Source: a virus. From it: DNA of 64,000 bases. A model generated the notes under the pieces. That model saw only the letters and a list, made by a program, of their open reading frames with translations. It ran no database searches and had not been told where the DNA came from. Each line of letters begins with the position of its first letter. The stretch's first letter is position 1. This document shows positions 39,590 to 48,992 of the stretch, piece by piece. The position numbers and the translations under genes were made by a program. The DNA lies in IMG/VR virus record IMGVR_UViG_3300035698_020096, positions 16,174 through 80,173 of that record; one strand, 5' to 3'.

Positions 39590-42500
39590 ATGCTCAAAGA
39601 TACTTGTGCCTCAAGCTTAGTGACTCTAAGTCAACTGAATATAAATACATTTAACTCTGAATACAAACTGGATATTACTGTAGGGCGAGAATATGGACCT
39701 CTTAAGTTAATATCAGGCCATGTTAATATACCCATTTATTTCTCCACTAACCAGGTATTTCATTCTAGTTGCTTTACAGTAGGTTGCTTTGATTCATCAG
39801 GTATATGGAGCACTAAGCCGGTTGATTATAAAGAGGAGTTATCTAATTGTTTAATAGACGGATATGAAACCTGCTTTGAAGAGTATGAAGCTGTATGTTC
39901 TGTTCAAGTACCTTATAGCGAGAATGTGGTTTATGAGCCGGATGTATTCGATTTAGGTATATACCAACTACATAACGGGTATAGAACTGAATATAGGTCA
40001 GGGCTATGCTATGAAGCTCCCCTAATAGAAACTCCATTTCACCCTCTAGAAGAACTGTTTGATATAGATATATTTCCCACTACTTCCTCTATTTGTAATA
40101 AGTTTACTCTTAATAAAGACTATAACTTAAGTATTGCTACTTACACTGCGGATGTATTTGAGGAAGGAGTTTATACTAATTGTGATTATCATTTTGAAAG
40201 GGGTACAGAATTAGTAGTTTGTCTTAATGGTCCTTACGAACCAGGGATATATGAGGATTGCACTTATAATAAAACCTTTCATGTTTCATCCTACAATCCA
40301 TCAAAATGTCTAGATGAATGTGTTATATCTCCTTTAGAACCAATAGCTGCTTATAGTTCTAGTTCCTCTGGGTTAACTTTAGACCAAGCGTACAACTGTG
40401 ATGCTTCTTTTCCTTCCTCTAAAACTTATCTAACAGCTGAAGGAAAGAATCTATTAATACTGGAAGATAACTGTATTAATTCCTATTGTCAAGAAGATGG
40501 GTTATATGAGAAGAGACGTTTCTACTACGACCTAGATATGAAGCCTTATGTAGAAGAGGTGTTTGAGGAAGGTATATATGTTGATAAATGTCTGACTAGT
40601 TCTCATCAAATAGAAACAATATTTAATCCTAACTTTTGCTGTTTGACTAGAGATGATCTATATCCATTAGCTTATCTATCTGCTCAATTAAATGAGTTTC
40701 TACAGGCCCATAATCTTACTCCTAATTCAGAGTATTACCCCTATACCACTACGGAAAGGAAAGAGATTATAGATTGTAGTTCTTGCTACACACCCCTAGT
40801 CAAATCTATAGAAGGAGTAGATAGATTAACTAGATTTAATGGATATCAAGAAGAAGTGTTCTTTAATGGGTTACCCACCCCTTTAGGGGCTCTAGTAGTA
40901 GATATAGGTTATATCTACCCAGGTACTTATGAATTTGTATTACTTAAGAAAGATGTGCCTATTAACAATGATGGTACTTTTTCAAGTGAAGTATTAGCCC
41001 CCAGTGGTATTAAAGCAGTAAGACTTAAAGCTATAACTCGTAACAGAGAAGTAGTATTAGGTATGAGCTTTGGAGATAATCCTCTTTCTCCACTTTTAAT
41101 CAAAACGTATAGTGAGAATACTCCTTTATCCTTTCCTACTAATCATGTAATTTTAGAAGACCTAGCTATTACCCTTACTCTTGTAAGTCTTTCAGGTTAT
41201 AAGTCTACCCTAGATAATTGTCCTACTAATAATATAGGAATGTATTATCTAGAACCTTATATGAAAGCCCTGTTAGAAGATAATCTAACTAAACTTTCCA
41301 CCCTTATAAATAGAGATATAAATAGCCCTATTTATAACGCAATACCATCTAAGTTATATCCTGATAGTACTTATGAATCCTTATATCAGCGGAAGCAATT
41401 AGACAAGTCTTGTTATGTAGAAGGGATATATAAAGCTGAATGTGCACTTATATATGATGACCCCACAATGATAGGGGATGATTTTCTATGTCTAACTGAA
41501 TGCTTTTCTAAAGAAGAGGATATAACCCCTATTCTCCCACTAGATACAGATTTACGCTCTATTGCTTGGTTGATTATTTCTTATACCACATATCTAGATG
41601 TATTTCCTAAATCAGTTCTAGAGGAAGAATATGATACAGCCGCTACTAGATTAGGAGAATATCTAATGAGTAGATTAACCCCTTTCTTAATTGATGAAGG
41701 TAATGAGACCTCTCATACTTCTACTAATATAATGGCTTGTTTAGCCTTTATTAAACTATATGAACTTACAGCTAGTCCTACTTATCTTAATAAAGCTGCT
41801 GATTTATATATAAGCATTAATGATTATTTATATTCTTTTCTAGATAGATCCTTTATTCATGAAGCTTCCACTCAAGTATTCTCTACAGAGGCAACTATTT
41901 ATGGTCTTATATTCTCTTTATGGACTAATCAAGAAGATAAAGTAGAATCTCTACTTACACTCATGAAACTAAGAAGGAAATCTTTTAGAGATGTATATAG
42001 ATTAGCTATTACTAATGAAGAAGGATTGATAACTGATTTAGAAGGAACCCCTATTCTTATTCATCAGACTGATAGCTATGAGTTAATAAAGGAAGGATAC
42101 TTTGACCTTCTAATTCCCTTCTATACTGCACCTCAAGAGGCGGGTTACAGTCTAGCTGATACAGTTAGACTCATGATTCTATCGGATTATGTATTAAAAG
42201 CTACTGAAGCTAAAGGATTTAATATAGGCTTCTCTAATCATATAGATATATATCAAGAAGAAGTCAGAAGTAATCCTAAGTTACAAACATCTACTTGGTT
42301 CGCCTCATGCCTAACCGATATATTTATTAATCATTCTCTTATTACTCCTTCAAGTCTTAAAGATTTACAGACTCTTATATTCAATAGAGAATATGTTACT
42401 GACCAATTGAAAAAGATGATTCCGACTGGATTCGGGTGGTTTCATAAGAATGCTCTAGGTAAACAATCTAATCTAGGTAGAATGCTAAGAAGTTTTTCCT

Positions 42501-43255
42501 ATGGTCTCTCTAGTTTCTACCCTGCTCTCAATAGTATAGCTATGAGCTTTTCTCTTACAGGTAGTAAGCACTTCAACGTAGATAAATGGGAAAAAGAGCT
42601 AGAGATGTCTCGCTGGGATGGAGAATCTCTTTCTACTTATAAAGCTAGAGTTAGAGATTATCTATTAAATAAGACTATAGACAGAATAGGTATTCAAAAC
42701 CTATTTAATTTATACGATATTGATTTAATAAACATATCAGATATTACTCTTCAATCCTTTGATTCCTATACTCAACCCCAAAGTTCTTTTAACTCAGTAA
42801 TTAGAGATAGTAATCTTCTAGTAGCCAGTGAAGTTAGAGATAACTTTATAGCTAATGTACCTACAGTATTTATTACTATTAATAAGCCCGTATTAGATGT
42901 AATAGGTAATGAAGTATCTAGATTAACTCCTGTAGGAGTAATAGTTAAATTCATTGAAAAGGTAGATTATTTATCTTGCTCTAAACCTATTGATATAAAT
43001 AGAAAAGTTTCTTCCCTAGAAATAGCTGTACCTTCCTCAGCTCCAGAAGTATTAGTAGAACCCTTATGCTGTGCGGAGGAAGCCTTATGCGGTCCTATTA
43101 CATATAGAGTTAGACTACAGCACGTATCTGATTCTCCCTTATATTTATATAAGGAAGGAGATTCTTTCTATGCATCTGAATCTAGCCAGATGGGAAATCC
43201 ACTTACTATGATTCCATCTTATACAGCTAACAAATTATTTCTTTATAAACCATGA
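39590..43255 (+). CDS. Large baseplate wedge protein: Cys/acidic repeats, helical middle, C-terminal GpI/gp48-like domain
   Basis: Follows J; LKKMIPTGFGWF, VDKWEKELEMSRWDGESLSTYKARVR and RLTPVGV motifs. Confidence 0.65.
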   Translation: MLKDTCASSLVTLSQLNINTFNSEYKLDITVGREYGPLKLISGHVNIPIYFSTNQVFHSSCFTVGCFDSSGIWSTKPVDYKEELSNCLIDGYETCFEEYEAVCSVQVPYSENVVYEPDVFDLGIYQLHNGYRTEYRSGLCYEAPLIETPFHPLEELFDIDIFPTTSSICNKFTLNKDYNLSIATYTADVFEEGVYTNCDYHFERGTELVVCLNGPYEPGIYEDCTYNKTFHVSSYNPSKCLDECVISPLEPIAAYSSSSSGLTLDQAYNCDASFPSSKTYLTAEGKNLLILEDNCINSYCQEDGLYEKRRFYYDLDMKPYVEEVFEEGIYVDKCLTSSHQIETIFNPNFCCLTRDDLYPLAYLSAQLNEFLQAHNLTPNSEYYPYTTTERKEIIDCSSCYTPLVKSIEGVDRLTRFNGYQEEVFFNGLPTPLGALVVDIGYIYPGTYEFVLLKKDVPINNDGTFSSEVLAPSGIKAVRLKAITRNREVVLGMSFGDNPLSPLLIKTYSENTPLSFPTNHVILEDLAITLTLVSLSGYKSTLDNCPTNNIGMYYLEPYMKALLEDNLTKLSTLINRDINSPIYNAIPSKLYPDSTYESLYQRKQLDKSCYVEGIYKAECALIYDDPTMIGDDFLCLTECFSKEEDITPILPLDTDLRSIAWLIISYTTYLDVFPKSVLEEEYDTAATRLGEYLMSRLTPFLIDEGNETSHTSTNIMACLAFIKLYELTASPTYLNKAADLYISINDYLYSFLDRSFIHEASTQVFSTEATIYGLIFSLWTNQEDKVESLLTLMKLRRKSFRDVYRLAITNEEGLITDLEGTPILIHQTDSYELIKEGYFDLLIPFYTAPQEAGYSLADTVRLMILSDYVLKATEAKGFNIGFSNHIDIYQEEVRSNPKLQTSTWFASCLTDIFINHSLITPSSLKDLQTLIFNREYVTDQLKKMIPTGFGWFHKNALGKQSNLGRMLRSFSYGLSSFYPALNSIAMSFSLTGSKHFNVDKWEKELEMSRWDGESLSTYKARVRDYLLNKTIDRIGIQNLFNLYDIDLINISDITLQSFDSYTQPQSSFNSVIRDSNLLVASEVRDNFIANVPTVFITINKPVLDVIGNEVSRLTPVGVIVKFIEKVDYLSCSKPIDINRKVSSLEIAVPSSAPEVLVEPLCCAEEALCGPITYRVRLQHVSDSPLYLYKEGDSFYASESSQMGNPLTMIPSYTANKLFLYKP

Positions 43256-44367
43256 GTATTCCTAAACTACTAATAGTAGGAGCAGGACCTAGAGGTATAG
43301 GTCTTGCCCTTAGAGCTATTCATAGTGGAATAGAAACCACTATAGTAGACCCCTTCCCTTTAAAGACTTGGACTCCTCCTAATATGCTTATAGATATGAG
43401 TATGAGAAGTCCGATAGGATTTGATTTAGTTACCTTTTGTTCTGACCTTAAAGAATATAGTCTTAGTTATTATCTAGGTTCTTATAATGATATACAAGAA
43501 CAGAAGGAAATAGAGGTTCAGCATCAACCCATAAGTAGAGATATATTTGTTAAATACTTAAATCATATATGGGATTATGTGGGACCAAGAGTTAATTATA
43601 TAGATAAACCTATTACTCAAATAGGGAAGGATTATGTAATAGCAGGGGATAGAAAGATAGTTACTGATAACATAGCTATTGCTCTAGGTTCTCCTTCTAA
43701 ACTTAATGTTCCTAATTACGCTAGACCCTTTGTTTCCTCAGATAATTTATTAGGAACTAAAGAAATAATACTAAATAAACCACTGGGACTAACTATAGCC
43801 GTAATAGGTTCAGGTCAGAGTTCAGCTGAACATGTGGATTACTTAACTCCTGATAATAAGGTTATATGGGTAACCAATAAGGAAACTAAAGTACACCTCT
43901 ACCCGGTTCCCCCTTATTCTATTTGGGGACCAAAGTCAGCTTTAGGAGATTATTTTAGTAGATTAAAGGAAAGTGATAAAAAGGCTGCTTTAAAATATAT
44001 GAAAGAAGTAGCTGGGTGGACTCCTTCTATTACCCCCTCTATAGCTAAATCTCTTGAGGAGAAATCTCACTTAATCACTAAGGTAATGCCTCAAGATATA
44101 AATACCTATATATCAAAAGTAGATAAGGTTCTCCTATGTATTGGATTTAACACCTCTTTAGATAACATCCCCTTTTCTATTCCTATTACTAAGGAAATTG
44201 TTAAATCAGACTATCCTGAATTAAATAACTTTAAGTCTCCTGAAGGTATATATTTTACTGGGGACCTAGCTAAGTTTTATGATGGACCTAGACAAGGTTC
44301 CCTTATTTCTATTGGAATTACATCTAAGACAATAGTAGAAGACATTCTATCAAATCATTATGGATAA
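43252..44367 (+). CDS. FAD/NAD(P)H-dependent Lys/Orn N-monooxygenase-like oxidoreductase
   Basis: IVGAGPRG, W...ML...MRS, ISRDIFVKYL, AVIGSGQSSAE, LCIGF and GIYFTG motifs. Confidence 0.8.
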   Translation: MSIPKLLIVGAGPRGIGLALRAIHSGIETTIVDPFPLKTWTPPNMLIDMSMRSPIGFDLVTFCSDLKEYSLSYYLGSYNDIQEQKEIEVQHQPISRDIFVKYLNHIWDYVGPRVNYIDKPITQIGKDYVIAGDRKIVTDNIAIALGSPSKLNVPNYARPFVSSDNLLGTKEIILNKPLGLTIAVIGSGQSSAEHVDYLTPDNKVIWVTNKETKVHLYPVPPYSIWGPKSALGDYFSRLKESDKKAALKYMKEVAGWTPSITPSIAKSLEEKSHLITKVMPQDINTYISKVDKVLLCIGFNTSLDNIPFSIPITKEIVKSDYPELNNFKSPEGIYFTGDLAKFYDGPRQGSLISIGITSKTIVEDILSNHYG

Positions 44368-44929
44368 ATATACTTTTGTAAGTTACGAAGCTGAAACTTA
44401 TCAATCCAAACAGTATAGAGCTTTACTGTTAGCTAATCAAACCTTCTACTTAGGATTATCTAAAACTAGTCCTTGGGTTGACCCTGTTAATCAATTCATT
44501 AGCGATGAGAACCCCCCTAAACCTCCTATGGCTAATCTCTATATCTTACCGGAGCTAGTGATTATGAAGAGAATTCAAGAGGTTAAGTTAGCTAGAGAGA
44601 CCTCTTGTGGTGAACATATTCTGATGGGTAAGACTTGGAACTTATACGAACCTTTTAATATTCAGTTTCTAGAAGGTAAGCCAGTCCCAGACGTAACTCA
44701 TTTATATCTTAAGATATTACTTAAACCTAACGATTTTACTACAGATGTAATAAGGGTTCTCTCATTACACAGTCATATATCTACTGTTAATAATTATCAG
44801 GAAGAAGTTATTCCTTCTAGTCTCATCAGTAGTCAAGGAATAATTCATTGGGTATCTTATTCCACTCCACTCAAGCGGAGAGACATCACTAACATATATT
44901 CAGAGATTCGTATCTTATTGGAGATTTAA
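44360..44929 (+). CDS. Baseplate wedge protein (T4 gp8-like)
   Basis: FYLGLSKTSPW...DENPPKP...MKRI. Confidence 0.65.
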   Translation: MDKYTFVSYEAETYQSKQYRALLLANQTFYLGLSKTSPWVDPVNQFISDENPPKPPMANLYILPELVIMKRIQEVKLARETSCGEHILMGKTWNLYEPFNIQFLEGKPVPDVTHLYLKILLKPNDFTTDVIRVLSLHSHISTVNNYQEEVIPSSLISSQGIIHWVSYSTPLKRRDITNIYSEIRILLEI

Positions 44930-44930
44930 T

Positions 44931-47900
44931 ATGGAGCTATATTCCTACAAAGATAATCCTTTATATAGGGATAGATACGAACGAAAGAAGAGATGGTTAA
45001 AGGTATTACCTCAACCTGGTAGACCTCTTCAAACTTCAGAGTTAATAGAAATTCAATCATTACTAGCTGACCATCAAAAGCAAGTATTAAACATCATCTA
45101 TAAATCAGGGACTATACTCTCAGGTCTAGCTGTATTTATTAATGAAGTAAATGAAGATAATCTTCAAGTAACGGTCATTGAAGGTCAGTTGTATATAGAA
45201 GGTTTAGTAGTAGACATAGATACTTCTAATCAGATTATTCCTATTACGGGTAATCATTCCATTGGAGTTCTAGTTGAGGAGTTTATTATTGATGAAAACG
45301 ACGACCCCTCTCTAAGGTCTGGCGGCAATGCTTATGGCTTGGAAGGGTCAGCTAGATTAGTATGGGAAGCCTCTATCAGTATTAATAATCCTAATGCTAT
45401 AGAAATAGCTACGGTCGAAGAAGGAGTAGTTATCCAACCCTATGCTAATAGACAAAGTAAGATTGAGGATCAATTAGTTACTTATCTAGCAGATAAAGAT
45501 GGGTCTTTTGTAATAAGAGGCTTAACTGTTGAACATATAGATACTATTGTTCCTAATATTATTACTCCTTTAGCAAATACTAGAGACCAACAATTAGCTG
45601 TAAGGGAACAGACTGTTAATGATTTACAAGCTTCTCTTATAGAAATGGAGGCCCGCATTGTCAGTCTTAGACAGAAGCTTACTAGAGATACCCAAGACTT
45701 AAATAATAATCCTAGTCCTACTAACCTAAGTAAAGTTCAAGCTACTATCGCTGAGATTGAATCTCTTACTACTAATCAAGAGTTAATTAAGGAACAACTA
45801 AATGCTGAGAAGTTGGGCTTAGCTGAATTAACTCTTTCCACTCGCTCTAAGCTTAACCAACAGGTAACTGAGCATTTAAGCGTTACTCCAGGATTAGCTT
45901 ATATATCAGGTCAGAGGGTGTCTTTATCTATTAGCCGTACTATTAATATTCCTAAATCACTTGAAGAGAAATCAGTGGATGGGGTTAAGTTTACCTATAG
46001 GTCCTCTATAACTAGTTTTAATTCTTCATTAATTCTAGGAGTACCTATAGTTCAAGATAGTAACATTACTCTTAACTTTAGAGGATTACCTATAGACAAT
46101 ATCTCCATAGTCTTCACCATTACTAATAATGAAATATCAGTAGAGGACATATTACTTAAACTGATTAGTTTTCTTAATAACCCTGCTTCTTCTATAACCT
46201 CTTCCAATATATCTATTACTTCTATCCCCCTTTCTAGTAATTTACTCTCTCTCTTAAGTAATTACCTAGACTTCTCTATTGGAATAAATAATACTTTGAT
46301 TATTAATCCAAAAGTAACTTTATCTACAGAGGTTCAAGTTAATGTAGCTACTAGTAATAACTCTCTAATCTTCTGGGATGTAAGAACTGGTATAGTTAAG
46401 ACATCTATAGTTAGTAATAATTATCAACTAGATAATAAAGATATAACTAGTATTAATAACTTTATTGCTGACCTTAAGCAAACTAGTTGGCAGATGTCTA
46501 GGAATCCTAATACTGACATAGATTATTTAGGAGAGGATTCTATATTCAGAATTCTTAATGTTATCTCGGGCACCATAGTTTATAGAGAAGGGATTGATTA
46601 TAGATTAGAAGGACAATCCTCTATTATTTGGTTGAATAACTCAAGGCCAATAGGGGGTTCTACTTATTATGTAGATTATATATATACAGATGTACTTATA
46701 GAAGATACTGATTTTACCACTAATAAGTCAACAGGAGTAATTAGATTTACTGATAGAACCCCTGCCCCTGGCTATACCTTTAGTCTTAATTATAAGTATT
46801 CAATATCTAAAACTATTTATATCTACCTAGATAAGAATTCAAGTATTTCTTATAGTGATAATTTAATAAATGAGGAATCTTATTTACTATTAGCTACTGC
46901 TGTTCTATCAGCCCAATCTGTATTTATTACTCAAGTAAATAATAGAGCTTTATCTCCTACTGAACTTTACTCTTTAAACCGAGATATTAAAGAGAATCTA
47001 GCTCTTTTGGCTCAGTTAGAATTAGACCTTGATACATATCAGGATATAGCTGAAGAGAATATAGATAATCCAATAGGTAGTTTCTCTGATGCTTTAGATA
47101 ATCTATCTCGTATTAATTTAGATGAATCAACCTTTAGTATTGCTCCAGCTAGTCGTTCTATTACTCCTTTAATTAGAAGTAAAGCTTTTAAGGTCAAGTA
47201 TATATCGGGAGGTGTACCTCATTATCCTTCTCAACCTTCTAACCATAGTTCTCCTAATTATGTAACCTTACCCTTTTCTACTACTGAATTAATAAGGCAA
47301 ACCAGAGCTACTAGATATAGACCTATAAGTCCTACTCCTAGTTCAAACTATAGAGGGCGCATGTATTTAGATTCAGACTTTCATTCCTTTACTGAATCCA
47401 GATTATATCCAGGAGAAGTAATTACTACTTCTATTTCATCTAATATAAGTAAGAGTTTGAAATATAATACTAGATTTATATACTGCCCTATATATGAAGC
47501 TTTAACTTATTCTCTTGTAGATAATTACTATATAAGTGATAAAGAATTATCCACTCTTTCTACTGATAATAAGTTCCTAGGAAGTCTATCCTTCTTTATT
47601 AAAGTAGAAGGTTTAAAACCTAATGAAGATAATCTAAACTTATATCTTGATAATAAGAAGATAGATATTAGTTATATAGATTCTCTTAGTGGTACGGTTA
47701 AAGGAGTATTAGGATTAAGGTCTAGTGCTACTGGTTCTATTCAAGTGAAAGTACAGTTACTAGACCTAACCTGCGGGACTCACTTATTAGAGTTAAGAGG
47801 ACTTAGTTCTTATTCCAGTTGTAGCTTTGTAGTAGCTGATATACCTTTAATTAATTACTTATCTAATCTATGCGAATCTACTCTTTCATATAATCAAACA

Positions 47901-48992
47901 CCTAGAGATGTAGCTTTACCTTATAGTGCTTTAAATCAACATAGATTCTCCTCTATTATTCAACAATTTATTCCTAATAGAGAAGCTCTTATTACTGGCA
48001 TATCTATAAGGTTCAAGCAAGTAGGAGAAGGGTCTATTACTCTTTCAATTAGAGAAGAAGGGGAGTACGGATTACCTAGTCAAGATATTCTCGTACAGGG
48101 GCAAACAGATACTTATTGGTATGATGAATTCAGTACTCAAAGTACTATCTTTGATTTAGACTATCCTTTATATGTAAGTCCTAATAAGAAATACTTTATT
48201 GATATATCTTCAAATAGTGAAGACTTTCATATATTCACAGCACAAGTAGGCGAAAGAGACCTTTTAGATAGAAGTCGTATAGGTTCTCAGCTGTTAAGTG
48301 CTGGGGGTCTATTAGTGTCTAAAGATGGTTTATCTGTTAGTAACTTTCAGGATGAAGACTTAAGTTATGTAGTTCAAGGAGCTTTCTTTCAGTCTTCTCA
48401 AATGATAACTATAGAGTTAGGTAAGTATGGAATACTTAACAGCTTCTCTGATATAAGCCATTTCTCTTACTTCTCTAAGGATATAAAGCCTATTGGTACT
48501 GACATTAAATATCAATATAGAACTTCTAATAATACACAATGGATTGATTTTAAAGTAGGCACCGTTATCAAGTTAGGTAGTTTAGTTTCCCATGTAGAGG
48601 TTAGGGCTCTTCTTACTAATAGTAGTAATACTTATTTAAGTCCCTTATTAGATACAGCTTCCAATTATATAGTCCTTAGTTCTCCTTCTAATAATAGTAA
48701 GGTAACCTATAAAACTATTGATTATCCTATTATATTCGAGAACTTGAGAGTTTCTATCCAAGCCTTTGAGCCTCCTGGTAGTATTACTAGATGCTATATA
48801 GAAGTGAATAATTCTCTAGTAGAGTTAAGAAAAGATTCTTCTATTCCCCTACAGGATTATCCTTCTATTCATACTATTACCTTTTCAATATCCAATCTAA
48901 GCCTTACTAGGATGAAAGTAGTAATAACTCAATATAGTGATTCTCCTAATCTAATTCCCTTCTATAGAAACTTTAAGTCTTATGTATGGTAA
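44931..48992 (+). CDS. DUF4815-like large baseplate protein
   Basis: YRDRY...LKVLPQPGRPLQTSELIEIQS, VTPGLAYISG and FQDEDLSY motifs; contains an inserted coiled coil. Confidence 0.8.
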   Translation: MELYSYKDNPLYRDRYERKKRWLKVLPQPGRPLQTSELIEIQSLLADHQKQVLNIIYKSGTILSGLAVFINEVNEDNLQVTVIEGQLYIEGLVVDIDTSNQIIPITGNHSIGVLVEEFIIDENDDPSLRSGGNAYGLEGSARLVWEASISINNPNAIEIATVEEGVVIQPYANRQSKIEDQLVTYLADKDGSFVIRGLTVEHIDTIVPNIITPLANTRDQQLAVREQTVNDLQASLIEMEARIVSLRQKLTRDTQDLNNNPSPTNLSKVQATIAEIESLTTNQELIKEQLNAEKLGLAELTLSTRSKLNQQVTEHLSVTPGLAYISGQRVSLSISRTINIPKSLEEKSVDGVKFTYRSSITSFNSSLILGVPIVQDSNITLNFRGLPIDNISIVFTITNNEISVEDILLKLISFLNNPASSITSSNISITSIPLSSNLLSLLSNYLDFSIGINNTLIINPKVTLSTEVQVNVATSNNSLIFWDVRTGIVKTSIVSNNYQLDNKDITSINNFIADLKQTSWQMSRNPNTDIDYLGEDSIFRILNVISGTIVYREGIDYRLEGQSSIIWLNNSRPIGGSTYYVDYIYTDVLIEDTDFTTNKSTGVIRFTDRTPAPGYTFSLNYKYSISKTIYIYLDKNSSISYSDNLINEESYLLLATAVLSAQSVFITQVNNRALSPTELYSLNRDIKENLALLAQLELDLDTYQDIAEENIDNPIGSFSDALDNLSRINLDESTFSIAPASRSITPLIRSKAFKVKYISGGVPHYPSQPSNHSSPNYVTLPFSTTELIRQTRATRYRPISPTPSSNYRGRMYLDSDFHSFTESRLYPGEVITTSISSNISKSLKYNTRFIYCPIYEALTYSLVDNYYISDKELSTLSTDNKFLGSLSFFIKVEGLKPNEDNLNLYLDNKKIDISYIDSLSGTVKGVLGLRSSATGSIQVKVQLLDLTCGTHLLELRGLSSYSSCSFVVADIPLINYLSNLCESTLSYNQTPRDVALPYSALNQHRFSSIIQQFIPNREALITGISIRFKQVGEGSITLSIREEGEYGLPSQDILVQGQTDTYWYDEFSTQSTIFDLDYPLYVSPNKKYFIDISSNSEDFHIFTAQVGERDLLDRSRIGSQLLSAGGLLVSKDGLSVSNFQDEDLSYVVQGAFFQSSQMITIELGKYGILNSFSDISHFSYFSKDIKPIGTDIKYQYRTSNNTQWIDFKVGTVIKLGSLVSHVEVRALLTNSSNTYLSPLLDTASNYIVLSSPSNNSKVTYKTIDYPIIFENLRVSIQAFEPPGSITRCYIEVNNSLVELRKDSSIPLQDYPSIHTITFSISNLSLTRMKVVITQYSDSPNLIPFYRNFKSYVW

